Shown here piece by piece: positions 46,196 to 55,352 of a stretch of DNA of 64,000 nucleotides. A program made the position numbers and the translations under genes. How positions within the stretch are numbered: the first letter of the stretch is position 1; every line of letters starts with the position of its first letter. Under the pieces are notes generated by a model. The model saw only the letters and a program-made list of their open reading frames with translations. It did not search any database and was not told the DNA's origin. Origin of the DNA: an uncultured Candidatus Saccharibacteria bacterium (GTDB lineage: Bacteria > Patescibacteriota > Doudnabacteria > UBA920); NCBI GenBank assembly GCA_964473815.1, contig CAYYQK010000001.1:93523-157522 (forward strand). Direction: 5' to 3'.

Positions 46196-47308
46196 ATGCC
46201 AGCACACTCTGATTTCCCACCGCATTTTACAGGACACTTGTTAGAAAAAATCGGAGGCAATTCCGCTACCATTGTTTTAGATAGTAGCGGAATTTGTATT
46301 TTCGCCAGCAACGCAGTTGACCAGGTTTTAAATCTGCAAACCGATGAACTGCTTGGTCAGAATTTTATCTCCATTGTCCCGCTGCATACTTTAGATGGTC
46401 AATTACCCAGAGAAGGAAGTCATCCCATTGGCAAAGCTTTAGATCATGTTGGATTTGTGCAAACCACTCCTTTTTTTGGTCGACTTGGCCCGGAGGAAAG
46501 TTTACCAACTTTAGCAGTCCGTACTATTCAGATTGTTAACAACGGAAAAATTGATTTTGTAATCGTTCAAATTCGCCAAGCTAAACGTGAGGTGGAAGTA
46601 GGGGAGATGAAATCTCTGTTTTTGTCGTTCGCTGCACATCAATTAAAAACTCCTAGTTCAGTTGTAAAAGGATTTTTGGAATTGATGATGCGCCAGGGTG
46701 AAGCGGCGTATTCTGCGGATCAATGGCACTATATTACTTCAGCGTTTGAGTCTAATGAACAACTGATCGAAGTTTCTAAGTCATTACTGAATATGGCCCG
46801 CCTTGAAGGTGGCTTAATTGAGCCAAGTATTAAGGAGTTTGACCCAGAGCGCGCGTTGCAAAGTAAGATCGCTAGCTTCGCGCCGCTGTATCAGGCCAAA
46901 CGTGTGAGTGTGAATTTATCAGGTTCACAAGAAGGTGATGAACCTTTAAATTTGCTTAGTGATGAAACTTTTTTCTTGGAAATATTTGGAATCATTTTGG
47001 GTAATGCTATTAAGCATTCTCCAATTGGATCAGAAATTACTGTTTTGTGTACTCTTACGCATTCGCAATGCGAAGTCCATGTAATAGACAATGGGCCGGG
47101 AATAGCTGAAGAAATTCGTAAAAAACTTTTTCAACAAGCACAAGAAGCCAGTAAAGACGAAAACAGCCATGGACTTGGATTGTACATGGCTAAGAAGTAT
47201 ATTGCTTTGCTAAATGGCAGCATTGGGATAAATGAAGTTGTCAGCAATACCAGCGATGAGCCAAAAGGAAGCGATTTTTATTTTATTGTGCCGAACCAAG
47301 TTGGCTAG
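46196..47308 (+). CDS. Cytoplasmic PAS-domain sensor histidine kinase
   Basis: H box FAAHQLKTPSSVVKGF. HATPase_c motifs (GNAIKHS, DNGPGIAEE, GLGLYMAKKY). No TM. Confidence 0.8.
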   Translation: MPAHSDFPPHFTGHLLEKIGGNSATIVLDSSGICIFASNAVDQVLNLQTDELLGQNFISIVPLHTLDGQLPREGSHPIGKALDHVGFVQTTPFFGRLGPEESLPTLAVRTIQIVNNGKIDFVIVQIRQAKREVEVGEMKSLFLSFAAHQLKTPSSVVKGFLELMMRQGEAAYSADQWHYITSAFESNEQLIEVSKSLLNMARLEGGLIEPSIKEFDPERALQSKIASFAPLYQAKRVSVNLSGSQEGDEPLNLLSDETFFLEIFGIILGNAIKHSPIGSEITVLCTLTHSQCEVHVIDNGPGIAEEIRKKLFQQAQEASKDENSHGLGLYMAKKYIALLNGSIGINEVVSNTSDEPKGSDFYFIVPNQVG

Positions 47309-48209
47309 GCTGAAAATCCGGATAGCCGTTAAGAAAATCTTTCATACTCATAGTATTTTTTCCAGCAGGTTGCACGGTAATTAATTTCAGAAATGTGTTT
47401 TGGCCGCAGGTAATTGTGTCGCGGTCGTTTTTGCCTGAGTTATTTTCTTCGTGTTCAGTTGCAACCGAGCATTCTAATATTTTAAAGTTTTCACCGCGCC
47501 AAGTTGTATAGATCCCTGGCCACGCAATGTAGGCTCGCCATGAGTTATAAATTTCTTGCGCGCTTTTATTCCAATCAACCAGACCATCTTCTTTTTTTAT
47601 AATTTTGGTTGGTGTGGCCTGGGAGTGATCTTGTTCTTGCGGTTGAATCTGTCCTGACTGATATTTCGGCAATAACTCAATCAATAGTTTTGCAGAAAGG
47701 TCAGCAAGTTTTGGCACAAGTGTTAAGAAAGTATCACTAGGCGCAACATCAATTTCTTGCTGAACTAAAATGGGACCGTGATCTACAAGTTCATCAAGTA
47801 TAAAAATTGTTGTGCCTGTTTTAGCTTCTCCATTTAGTAATGAAAATTGAATTGGCGCTGCCCCGCGGTATTTGGGCAACAAAGAAAAATGCACATTAAT
47901 AGTTTTTAATGGCGGAATCTCTAAAAGTTCAGCTGGTAGAATTTTGCCATAAGAGACAACTATAAAAATATCAGCACCTAACCCGCGCAGAAAATCCATA
48001 AATTCCGAATTGTTTTTAACTTTTTGTGGCTTGTTTACAGGCAATTTTAATTCATCTGCTAAGGCAGAAATAGCTGATTGGGTTAGGATTTGTTTGCGGC
48101 CAACTGGAGCATCTGGACTGGTCACAACCTGCACTATTTCGTGCTGCTCGTTTAAACTGCGCAAAATAGGCAGGCCAACATCTGATGTGCCAAAGAAAAC
48201 AACTTTCAT
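47283..48209 (-). CDS. fmt: Methionyl-tRNA formyltransferase
   Basis: MKVVFFGTSDVGLPILRSL....INVHFSLLPKYRGAAPIQFSLLNGE. Confidence 0.85.
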   Translation of the reverse strand: MKVVFFGTSDVGLPILRSLNEQHEIVQVVTSPDAPVGRKQILTQSAISALADELKLPVNKPQKVKNNSEFMDFLRGLGADIFIVVSYGKILPAELLEIPPLKTINVHFSLLPKYRGAAPIQFSLLNGEAKTGTTIFILDELVDHGPILVQQEIDVAPSDTFLTLVPKLADLSAKLLIELLPKYQSGQIQPQEQDHSQATPTKIIKKEDGLVDWNKSAQEIYNSWRAYIAWPGIYTTWRGENFKILECSVATEHEENNSGKNDRDTITCGQNTFLKLITVQPAGKNTMSMKDFLNGYPDFQPSQLGSAQ

Positions 48210-48775
48210 TATTTTAAATTTGTGCGTTTAAGAATTTGGCGTAATACTTCGGCTTCAATTTCGCAGTCCACCAAAGCTGTGTGGCGACCTTCTGAAACAT
48301 TAATTTTAAAATGTTTCGCTGCTTCATCAAGTCGAAATCCTGAAAAACGTTTTTTGTTTTTCAAAAGTTTTTTCTTAGCCATGTATGTGTAAACCAAAGG
48401 CCAAATGTCGAAGACATGATAGTCAAAAGGATAGCGCATTTTGTTCTCGCGGTATGCCAAGCGCAGCATCAACGTATCTAAAATAGTTCCGTAAGGAGCG
48501 AGAATGACATTATGACCAAAAGTTTTTTCAAACTTTTTTATTGCAGTCTTTAGATCTGGCGCATTTTTTAGCTGATCCCAAGTGATATTATTAACCTTCA
48601 TTGCTTCCGGTTCGCGCAGTTTCCAGCGCTTGGGCTTTATAAAAGTCTCAAAGCGCTTCTTTTCTTTCAAAGTTTTTTTATCGAGCTGAATTGCAGCGAT
48701 TTGAATGAGTTCGTGCTTAAAATAATCTAGGCCAGTGCACTCAACATCGAGCACTAATAAATCTTTGTTAAACAT
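48209..48775 (-). CDS. DEDD-family 3'-5' exonuclease (DnaQ-like)
   Basis: Exo I motif LVLDVECTGLD. Conserved HTALVD near the C-terminus (Exo III YxxxD/H). Confidence 0.65.
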   Translation of the reverse strand: MFNKDLLVLDVECTGLDYFKHELIQIAAIQLDKKTLKEKKRFETFIKPKRWKLREPEAMKVNNITWDQLKNAPDLKTAIKKFEKTFGHNVILAPYGTILDTLMLRLAYRENKMRYPFDYHVFDIWPLVYTYMAKKKLLKNKKRFSGFRLDEAAKHFKINVSEGRHTALVDCEIEAEVLRQILKRTNLK

Positions 48776-48790
48776 AAAATAAATTAATTG

Positions 48791-49324
48791 TTATCCGTTA
48801 ATGATCTTACGAAAAACTTCCGCAGCCAGTCGCGCCTTTTCTAAAGCGTTACTGCGATTTTTAATCTTCAAATGAAAATGCGTAAACAAAGTTTCCAAAG
48901 TCGGCATTTTCTTAACACCGTAATGGAGAGTATATACATAACCAAGCGACCATAAATCTAAAACATGTGAATCATATTCGTAAGGGACAAAAGTTTTTTT
49001 AAACGCTTGCCTTAAAAATTGCACGTTGCTAACAGTGTGTGTTGCGAGGAGGGGGCTGGAGCCAAATTTTGTGGCAAATTGTTTGATGACTTCGTTTAAT
49101 TTCGGACTTTTTTGGAGGGTTTCAAATGGCACTTGCAGTTGAGTGGAATGTTGCGCAATAGTATTGTCCAGGAAGCTGACTTTCACATACGAATTGAAAA
49201 AATCCTTTTCCAGTTGGTTGTCTTTATCTAACAAAACAGCAGACAACTGAATAATGCTATCTCTGTCTAAATTTGGTCCTGATGTTTCAATCTGGAATAA
49301 TAGAATGTCTTTGATGAATTTCAT
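48791..49324 (-). CDS. DEDD-family 3'-5' exonuclease paralog
   Basis: Exo I-like ILLFQIETSGPN. Similar length and arrangement to the adjacent paralog. Confidence 0.6.
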   Translation of the reverse strand: MKFIKDILLFQIETSGPNLDRDSIIQLSAVLLDKDNQLEKDFFNSYVKVSFLDNTIAQHSTQLQVPFETLQKSPKLNEVIKQFATKFGSSPLLATHTVSNVQFLRQAFKKTFVPYEYDSHVLDLWSLGYVYTLHYGVKKMPTLETLFTHFHLKIKNRSNALEKARLAAEVFRKIING

Positions 49325-49431
49325 AATGGTATTTCAAAGTGGAAAAAGTTTGACTCGTCAACTAGCGTTGCTACGAATTGCTTCGCAATTCTGGGCAGTC
49401 GATAGTTTCCTCCGCCAATACTTTTTCTACT

Positions 49432-49926
49432 TTAACTCTCTTTATAATTATCCAAAAGTTCTTCGCCGTTAGTGATTTTTTCAAATTTGTCTACGATTAA
49501 AATATTATTTAAGTGATCAATTTCGTGCTGCAGTACCCGAGCCAAAAAAGTGTCATCAGTGATAGAGAACTTTTCGCCATTTACATCGTAGGCCTCCATG
49601 GTAATTTTCTTTGGGCGCTTAACAACACCAAACACACCTGGCAAAGATAAACAACCTTCTTCCATCTCCGACAATTCTTTAGAAGAATTTGTAATCTTTG
49701 GATTGATAATTGGGAAGGGTGGCACTCCGACATCATCCAAATAAATTAGAGCCATGTTCAAACTTTTAGATATTTGCGGGCAAGCTAAACCAACGCCATT
49801 GGCAGCAATGACGGTTTGCAACATATTGTGAATTAAACGCACATCATCTTTTTTGAGTGGGAATTTCACATCGGAAACAGGGGAGCGCAATACGCGCGCC
49901 GGTAATTTGGCTATCGGTAAAATCAT
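49432..49926 (-). CDS. def: Peptide deformylase
   Basis: Motifs GVGLACPQI, EGCLSLPG and QHEIDHLNN. Confidence 0.85.
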   Translation of the reverse strand: MILPIAKLPARVLRSPVSDVKFPLKKDDVRLIHNMLQTVIAANGVGLACPQISKSLNMALIYLDDVGVPPFPIINPKITNSSKELSEMEEGCLSLPGVFGVVKRPKKITMEAYDVNGEKFSITDDTFLARVLQHEIDHLNNILIVDKFEKITNGEELLDNYKES

Positions 49927-49932
49927 TTCTTG

Positions 49933-50208
49933 TTATTTCGACTTGTGTTCGTCGTTATATTTCTTAATCAGATAAGAAAATAAGCGACCGCGATTTTGCA
50001 CTTTTGGATTTTCTAAAACTTCACCGGCAATCTTACGCAGGATGTCAGGGGGGTGAGTAACTGCCATTTTTAGATACAATCCAAAATGAGCGCGGTCATT
50101 CATTTGGTCGGCTAATTCATCGGCTAAAACATGCGCAGCCGAGTGTAATTTAGGGTCGCGTTTACGACTAAATTTGTGCCCTGCGGCCACATCTTTTAAC
50201 GAATCCAT
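49933..50208 (-). CDS. Hypothetical small protein
   Basis: ORF of 91 aa co-directional with def/fmt. Confidence 0.35.
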   Translation of the reverse strand: MDSLKDVAAGHKFSRKRDPKLHSAAHVLADELADQMNDRAHFGLYLKMAVTHPPDILRKIAGEVLENPKVQNRGRLFSYLIKKYNDEHKSK

Positions 50209-50254
50209 GGGGTAATTATAAGCTATTTGGAACTAAAATGGAATGAAAATCTGT

Positions 50255-50282
50255 TTGACTCTTTTATCCCCAAGAGTATAAT
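50255..50282 (+). promoter_or_regulatory. Consensus sigma-70 promoter driving the AT-rich six-gene operon
   Basis: TTGACT (50255-50260), 16-nt spacer, TATAAT (50277-50282). Confidence 0.55.
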
Positions 50283-50316
50283 GCTTTTAAAAGCACTATT
50301 TTATTTTTGGTTTAAA

Positions 50317-50898
50317 ATGAGCCTAACTTTCATCGGCGGAATCAACGGAGTGGGCAAGACCAGCGTTGCTGAGTTAATTTGTAATTTAGAGCCCACCTGC
50401 GAGGTTGTGAAAGGTTCTGATGTTATGATGGAGCGTCTCGGAATCAAAGGTGATTACGATGCTTTCCGTTCAATGAATGAAAATATAAAAAATACAGAGT
50501 TTATTAAACTCCTTTCTGAGCTGAAAAACAAACCCTCAAAAACGATAGTAACAGGTCATTTTGTAAAAATTTTGGACGGTACTTTATCACCGAGTTTAGG
50601 GCCTTGGTACGATATTTGTGATAACATAGTCCTTCTAATAAGTAATCCTAAAATGGTTTTAAAGCGCATCCAATCAGATGACATGCTTAATAAACGGACA
50701 AATCGTAGACTATTTTCGGAATACATGAAAGGTCATAATCTACAAGTTGCCTTTCTTAATAATGCACAAGACCTATCAAGGTCCATATTTGAGCATGTCT
50801 CTGAAAACCAAAGTCTGAAAACAGCATCTTTTTATAACCGACAAGGGAACCTGTATGATTGCTCGGCTCAGATAATAAGTTTTATGAATAGTCTATAA
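50317..50898 (+). CDS. P-loop nucleoside/nucleotide kinase-like protein (deoxynucleoside-kinase-like)
   Basis: Walker A IGGINGVGKTSVAELI near the N-terminus. Possible ERS-like MERLG and Arg-rich lid NKRTNRRLF. Start placed at ATG 50317 downstream of the promoter; the ORF track's TTG 50227 would lie upstream of the -35. Confidence 0.5.
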   Translation: MSLTFIGGINGVGKTSVAELICNLEPTCEVVKGSDVMMERLGIKGDYDAFRSMNENIKNTEFIKLLSELKNKPSKTIVTGHFVKILDGTLSPSLGPWYDICDNIVLLISNPKMVLKRIQSDDMLNKRTNRRLFSEYMKGHNLQVAFLNNAQDLSRSIFEHVSENQSLKTASFYNRQGNLYDCSAQIISFMNSL

Positions 50899-50903
50899 AA
50901 CAT

Positions 50904-51380
50904 ATGCGAATTATCAAATTTAAAAACTTGTCACCAAAAGACATTCTTAATATTAAGAATGTCAAATTAGAGTCAAAAAAGTCAAAAACCAATGGCGGCC
51001 ATATGGTAGGTTGTTTAATTGTAAGGGATAATAAAAAAGTTTTTGGTGTGACTTTGGGAAGGAGTAGAGCGATTGGTTCAACATGCGCAGAGCGAATGGC
51101 TTTAGACCAATGGGTTTACAAATACAAGGATTCATTACCAGAGAAAATTTATGTTATAGGAAACTTTAACAGGGAATCATGGAGTGAAGACTATATCACG
51201 ACACCATGTGGTGTGTGTTTGGAAATGTTTTTGGAGTTTATTTTATCGATGAAAGTTGCAAACCTTTCTTTCATTTTTGCAAATTGGAAATTAACCAAAG
51301 CGATGCTAATAAAGTTAGACGAATTGTTCCCCCAATATGGCAAGGGCGGATGGCCATATAAAAAAGGAATAAAGAGATGA
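50904..51380 (+). CDS. Cytidine/deoxycytidylate deaminase-fold zinc enzyme
   Basis: CAERMAL (the H/CAE zinc ligand plus catalytic Glu) and PCGVCLE (PCxxC). Confidence 0.55.
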   Translation: MRIIKFKNLSPKDILNIKNVKLESKKSKTNGGHMVGCLIVRDNKKVFGVTLGRSRAIGSTCAERMALDQWVYKYKDSLPEKIYVIGNFNRESWSEDYITTPCGVCLEMFLEFILSMKVANLSFIFANWKLTKAMLIKLDELFPQYGKGGWPYKKGIKR

Positions 51381-52735
51381 TAGATAATTTTGAATTGTGG
51401 TCTTCTGCCCATGTAAATTTTGCCACGAGTAAAAGAATGTTGGACTTTACAGAATATGGTGAAGATTCTGACACTGACTGGCTTAAATATCAAGTAGATA
51501 AGACTCCTAATGGTAGTTTGCTGATTAATAATGCAATGTTCGATTGTCTTTCTGAAGAGAAAGTTTATTTAGCTCATATAACCAGTCAGTTTAATAAAAT
51601 TAAGGAAACAAAAAAATTACTTTCAAGTAGCGGTTGTCTCATCGGTAGTCTGTATTGCGTACCTGTTATAAAAGATAAAAGTGGTCTAAGATTGCATAAT
51701 TTGGGGCGTTACATATACAAAAATGAACTGCCGGCTTTCAAGAATAACGAAGATGATTCTGATATTCTGTTAATCGAAATTAATAATCCACTTTCTGAGC
51801 GATCTTTATACGGAATAGACTATCTGAAATTGGGTTTAGTTCATTATTCAACTTTTAGACAACTTAATTATCTACTCTCATTGTCAGAGCTGGACTCAAT
51901 AAAAAACAATACAGTTAAAGCAATACAAAAATCTTATGAACTCTTTCTATTATTAGAAAAGAAGCCTATTGTTGACCTTGTTGTCGATTTTGAAAAAATA
52001 TACAGCTATTATCTTGATTGTATTGAGACTTTGCCAATACTGGGTTATTTATTATTTGAGGTTTTATCGGAATATATTGCTTTATATCAGCAAGGGCCAG
52101 AAGTAGATAGATACAAACTTTTCAATGAATTGTATTGTAATAATTTTAAGAATTTAATTTTAGAGATATCTCCTCACTTGACCAAATCATTTAACTTAGG
52201 TTATTTTAATCCGACTTTGTCTGGCATTAAGGCATATCTAGAAAAACTTAATTTATTACAACCCAATGATGAGGTCAGTTTTGAATCTTACTTTTTAAAA
52301 AGAATTAAATATTTAATACGAAATCGTTTTTATAATATTGAATCAAATTATTTCTTTGAAGGATTGCCCTCGAGATTCGAAAATGATTTTGATAAATTAA
52401 GTGTGAGTATGAGACCGTTGGTTGGCCACACTATCCACCGATTAATGCGAAATATGCATCGTTACCCAAATTTCTATTTTTATTTTGATCAGTATAAAGC
52501 TCTGCAAGCCTGGAATCATTGGAATCAGTCCCGTATCCCCATTGTATATAATGCTTTGCTTCCAAAAGGGGAGATAGGAATAAATGCCGCTTACCCCGAT
52601 TTAGAATACAAAATATACAAGACAAAACCTGTGGAACAAAATGGGGATTCATATCTAACTGATTTAGAAGAACTTGATTTAAAACTTCAACCACGCTTGG
52701 CGGAAATAGAAACTTTAATTATGAGAAAAAGATAA
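51377..52735 (+). CDS. Hypothetical 452-aa protein (no recognisable domain)
   Basis: 4-nt overlaps with both neighbours (ATGA). Very AT-rich coding. Confidence 0.45.
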   Translation: MIDNFELWSSAHVNFATSKRMLDFTEYGEDSDTDWLKYQVDKTPNGSLLINNAMFDCLSEEKVYLAHITSQFNKIKETKKLLSSSGCLIGSLYCVPVIKDKSGLRLHNLGRYIYKNELPAFKNNEDDSDILLIEINNPLSERSLYGIDYLKLGLVHYSTFRQLNYLLSLSELDSIKNNTVKAIQKSYELFLLLEKKPIVDLVVDFEKIYSYYLDCIETLPILGYLLFEVLSEYIALYQQGPEVDRYKLFNELYCNNFKNLILEISPHLTKSFNLGYFNPTLSGIKAYLEKLNLLQPNDEVSFESYFLKRIKYLIRNRFYNIESNYFFEGLPSRFENDFDKLSVSMRPLVGHTIHRLMRNMHRYPNFYFYFDQYKALQAWNHWNQSRIPIVYNALLPKGEIGINAAYPDLEYKIYKTKPVEQNGDSYLTDLEELDLKLQPRLAEIETLIMRKR

Positions 52736-52739
52736 AAAT

Positions 52740-53477
52740 ATGGCAATTGAGAATGAATTGGAGATTTTGAAAAATATTTCTGACAGGATACTCCGATCCG
52801 AAGAAGTAAATAGTGGATTCCGCAATTGCTTAGTGCAGCTGGAAAAAGAAATAAAAGCTATTGAGTCCCATATAAAAAATTCCAATAATTTTGAAAAAGA
52901 CTTTTTAAAAGTAAAAGATTTGCGGAAGCTTCAAATTGGCGGAGGTAAAAGAACTTTGGAAGGGTTTATAAATGTTGATATATTCCAGCCAGCTGATATT
53001 GTTTGGGATTGTAGAAGCGGCCTTCCATTCAAAGAAGATGCTTTTGACTTTATTTTTACAGAACACTTTTTAGAGCATGTAGACTACCCTGTTTCAGCTT
53101 TGAAAATCGTAAATGAATGCTATAGAGTATTATCCAAGAGCGGAGAGCTTTATATTTCGTTACCTGATGCAGGTAAAGTCATTGATGCCTATAATAGAGA
53201 TGACAAAAAGTATCTTACAGAACTAAATAATGAATGTTATGTAAAAAGAAATCCACCAGTAGTCATTAACGGGAATATAGACTATGTCAATTATCTTTTC
53301 AGGGATCAAATTGAAAATACCAAATATACCATACATCACTGGGCCTATGATTTTGAATCCTTGAGAAACATTTTGCAAAGGGCTGGGTTTTCTAATGTAC
53401 AGAGAACAACATTGATTCCAGAATATTGCAACCCCGCTCGAGAGTTTTATAGTTTATATATAAAAGCAATTAAATAA
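52740..53477 (+). CDS. Class I SAM-dependent methyltransferase
   Basis: Motif I LQIGGGKRTLEGFINVD. Post-I acidic residue and FDFIFTEHFLEHV (motif II/III). Confidence 0.6.
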   Translation: MAIENELEILKNISDRILRSEEVNSGFRNCLVQLEKEIKAIESHIKNSNNFEKDFLKVKDLRKLQIGGGKRTLEGFINVDIFQPADIVWDCRSGLPFKEDAFDFIFTEHFLEHVDYPVSALKIVNECYRVLSKSGELYISLPDAGKVIDAYNRDDKKYLTELNNECYVKRNPPVVINGNIDYVNYLFRDQIENTKYTIHHWAYDFESLRNILQRAGFSNVQRTTLIPEYCNPAREFYSLYIKAIK

Positions 53478-53484
53478 TATTTAT

Positions 53485-54018
53485 ATGTACGAAATAGAAT
53501 TTAGAGGTAAAATCTCTGAAGAAAAGTATAAGTCCACTATAGATTTTTTGAATATTAATGGGAAAAATCTTGGGGAAGATGACAAAGAGGTTTACTATTA
53601 CATCTTTAAAGATAAATTGTTAAAGCTAGTTAATAATATTTCAAAAGGGAATGCAAAAGTATCTCTTAAGCTGAACCGTATAGGAGATGGTGCTGTTTTT
53701 GAAGAAATGGAATTCTTTTTTGATCAAAATGATTTTGAGAAGGCAGCTAGTCTGTTTAATAAACTTGATCTTAACGCAAAGGTTATGACTGGCCCACAAA
53801 AAAGAGTTAATTATGAATATAAGGGTTGCGAAATTGCGATGAAGTTTAGTGATGTTTGGGAATACCATTTTGAAATCGAAAAAGTAGTAGACTCGACAGA
53901 AAATCAAGAAAAAGTGGAGTCAGAGATCCGCAGTGTGGCACAAGAATTAGGCCTAGAAATAATGTCCGAAGAAGATTTGAAGAATTTTGTCGAAAATGTT
54001 GAAAGCAAAATCAAATGA
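53485..54018 (+). CDS. CYTH-like (triphosphate tunnel metalloenzyme / CyaB-like) protein
   Basis: N-terminal YEIEFRGKI resembles the ExExK signature. C-terminal WEYHFEIEKV resembles the terminal ExE strand. About 177 aa, the typical CYTH size. Confidence 0.4.
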   Translation: MYEIEFRGKISEEKYKSTIDFLNINGKNLGEDDKEVYYYIFKDKLLKLVNNISKGNAKVSLKLNRIGDGAVFEEMEFFFDQNDFEKAASLFNKLDLNAKVMTGPQKRVNYEYKGCEIAMKFSDVWEYHFEIEKVVDSTENQEKVESEIRSVAQELGLEIMSEEDLKNFVENVESKIK

Positions 54019-54752
54019 GTTTGCAAACTGACTTAGCGAATAAAATTCATCCAAAGTACCAAAATTTGGACAGGGAATCTCTTGATTTCATTTGCTCCAA
54101 CATGGACATTTCAATATTGAAAATTCAGAACTGGAATGACAATTTATTTGAATTTATTTTTAATAATTCATCCTGGCAGGATATAGAGCTAAGTTGGTAT
54201 GATGATAAACAAATTGCCGAAGGTATACATGGGCTAAGGCATGCAATGAGGGTGGCAATTAACATTGGCTTCCTAACTTTTGGAAATGATAAGTACAAAG
54301 AGATTACGAAACCCTTAATATGGGCCGCTTTAAAACATGATTGTTCAAGAAAGAATGATAACGAAGATCTGGAGCATGGTCTAAATTCCGCGAGGTCAAT
54401 CATGTCGAATTCTCATAACGTTCCGAAGGATATCTTACCTTATTTGGATATGATTGCTTTTTCTGTTGAAAACCATAATGTACCTTACGCAGAGGTGGAA
54501 AAAAATAAAAGATACTTGAAAAATAAAGAAGTGACAGATCTGTTAAAGACTGCCGATGCCTTAGATAGATATAGGTTGCCCAAAATTAAATGGTGGCCTA
54601 ACACAGATTATTTAAAAATTATTCCAAATAAAGCTCAGTTATCTTTTGCTTATTATTTGATGGATTATAGCGAGAGAGAATATTTAAATTTAAAGAATGA
54701 TAAACAATCTATAATATTTGCTTTAAAAAAAATGCGGGACTCTATGAAATAG
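54015..54752 (+). CDS. HD-domain phosphohydrolase
   Basis: H...HxxRV (IHGLRHAMRVAINIGF), the HD dyad in ALKHDCSR, and a downstream Asp in KTADALDRYR. Confidence 0.5.
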   Translation: MSLQTDLANKIHPKYQNLDRESLDFICSNMDISILKIQNWNDNLFEFIFNNSSWQDIELSWYDDKQIAEGIHGLRHAMRVAINIGFLTFGNDKYKEITKPLIWAALKHDCSRKNDNEDLEHGLNSARSIMSNSHNVPKDILPYLDMIAFSVENHNVPYAEVEKNKRYLKNKEVTDLLKTADALDRYRLPKIKWWPNTDYLKIIPNKAQLSFAYYLMDYSEREYLNLKNDKQSIIFALKKMRDSMK

Positions 54753-54790
54753 AGCCCCGGCGTATCTTATGGTTTACGAGATCTTACGAA

Positions 54791-55261
54791 CTAACTGATT
54801 TTGTCTATGGTCAAGTCCTCTCCCTTAAAAGAAAATTCATCACCTTCTTCCAGGCCCATTATTAATTTGGCAAGCCCGGAGTCGTAGGAGATGGTTTGTA
54901 TGGGATGCTCAGCGAATATTTGGTAACTGCCTATGCGGAAGGACTTACCATTACTCAATTTTACTGTAGCACCTAATACTACTTTATCAAAAGGACCTTT
55001 CCCGTGGACAACAGAGGAATGCATTAGGATGTCACGCAAGTTACGCAATCTTCCTAGTGCAACGTTTCTTTCAATCGTGATCGTCTCCTGCACGGCGTCA
55101 TCATGGCCAAAGTTTTCAGTGCTTTGGGCATTTGCTATGCCTTGCTGGCGCCCTAGTTCGAATATACTCTCGCGTAATTGCTCCACTTCATGCTGGAGGA
55201 TTTTAAAGTCCTCTGGTAAAAAGTAGTATTTTTTCAAAGCATTACCTCCTTGGAATACCAT
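54791..55261 (-). CDS. greA: GreA/GreB-family transcription elongation factor
   Basis: N-terminal coiled coil YFLPEDFKILQHEVEQLRE. C-terminal FKBP-like domain ending ...SYDSGLAKLIMGLEEGDEFSF. Start chosen at MVFQ (156 aa); the ORF track extends to TTG 55321. Confidence 0.55.
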   Translation of the reverse strand: MVFQGGNALKKYYFLPEDFKILQHEVEQLRESIFELGRQQGIANAQSTENFGHDDAVQETITIERNVALGRLRNLRDILMHSSVVHGKGPFDKVVLGATVKLSNGKSFRIGSYQIFAEHPIQTISYDSGLAKLIMGLEEGDEFSFKGEDLTIDKIS

Positions 55262-55352
55262 CCACACTTGGAATGTGGTAAATATTTTACCATAAAACAA
55301 AGATTTTGGCAAGTTAAACAATTTCTCCTAAATTGCGCTATAATTCTTAGGT

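Noticed and set aside
50227-50316. TTG start at 50227 extending the P-loop kinase ORF by 30 codons
   Set aside because: The extension would begin upstream of the consensus -35/-10 promoter at 50255-50282, and its translation (MELKWNENLFDSFIPKSIMLLKALFYFWFK) is promoter-derived noise. ATG 50317 directly precedes the Walker A motif.
55262-55321. Upstream TTG start extending the GreA-like ORF by 20 codons
   Set aside because: The extension (MFNLPKSLFYGKIFTTFQVW) is not GreA-like and the SD-like AGGAG is only 3 nt from the TTG. Starting at MVFQ gives a canonical GreA length of about 156 aa.
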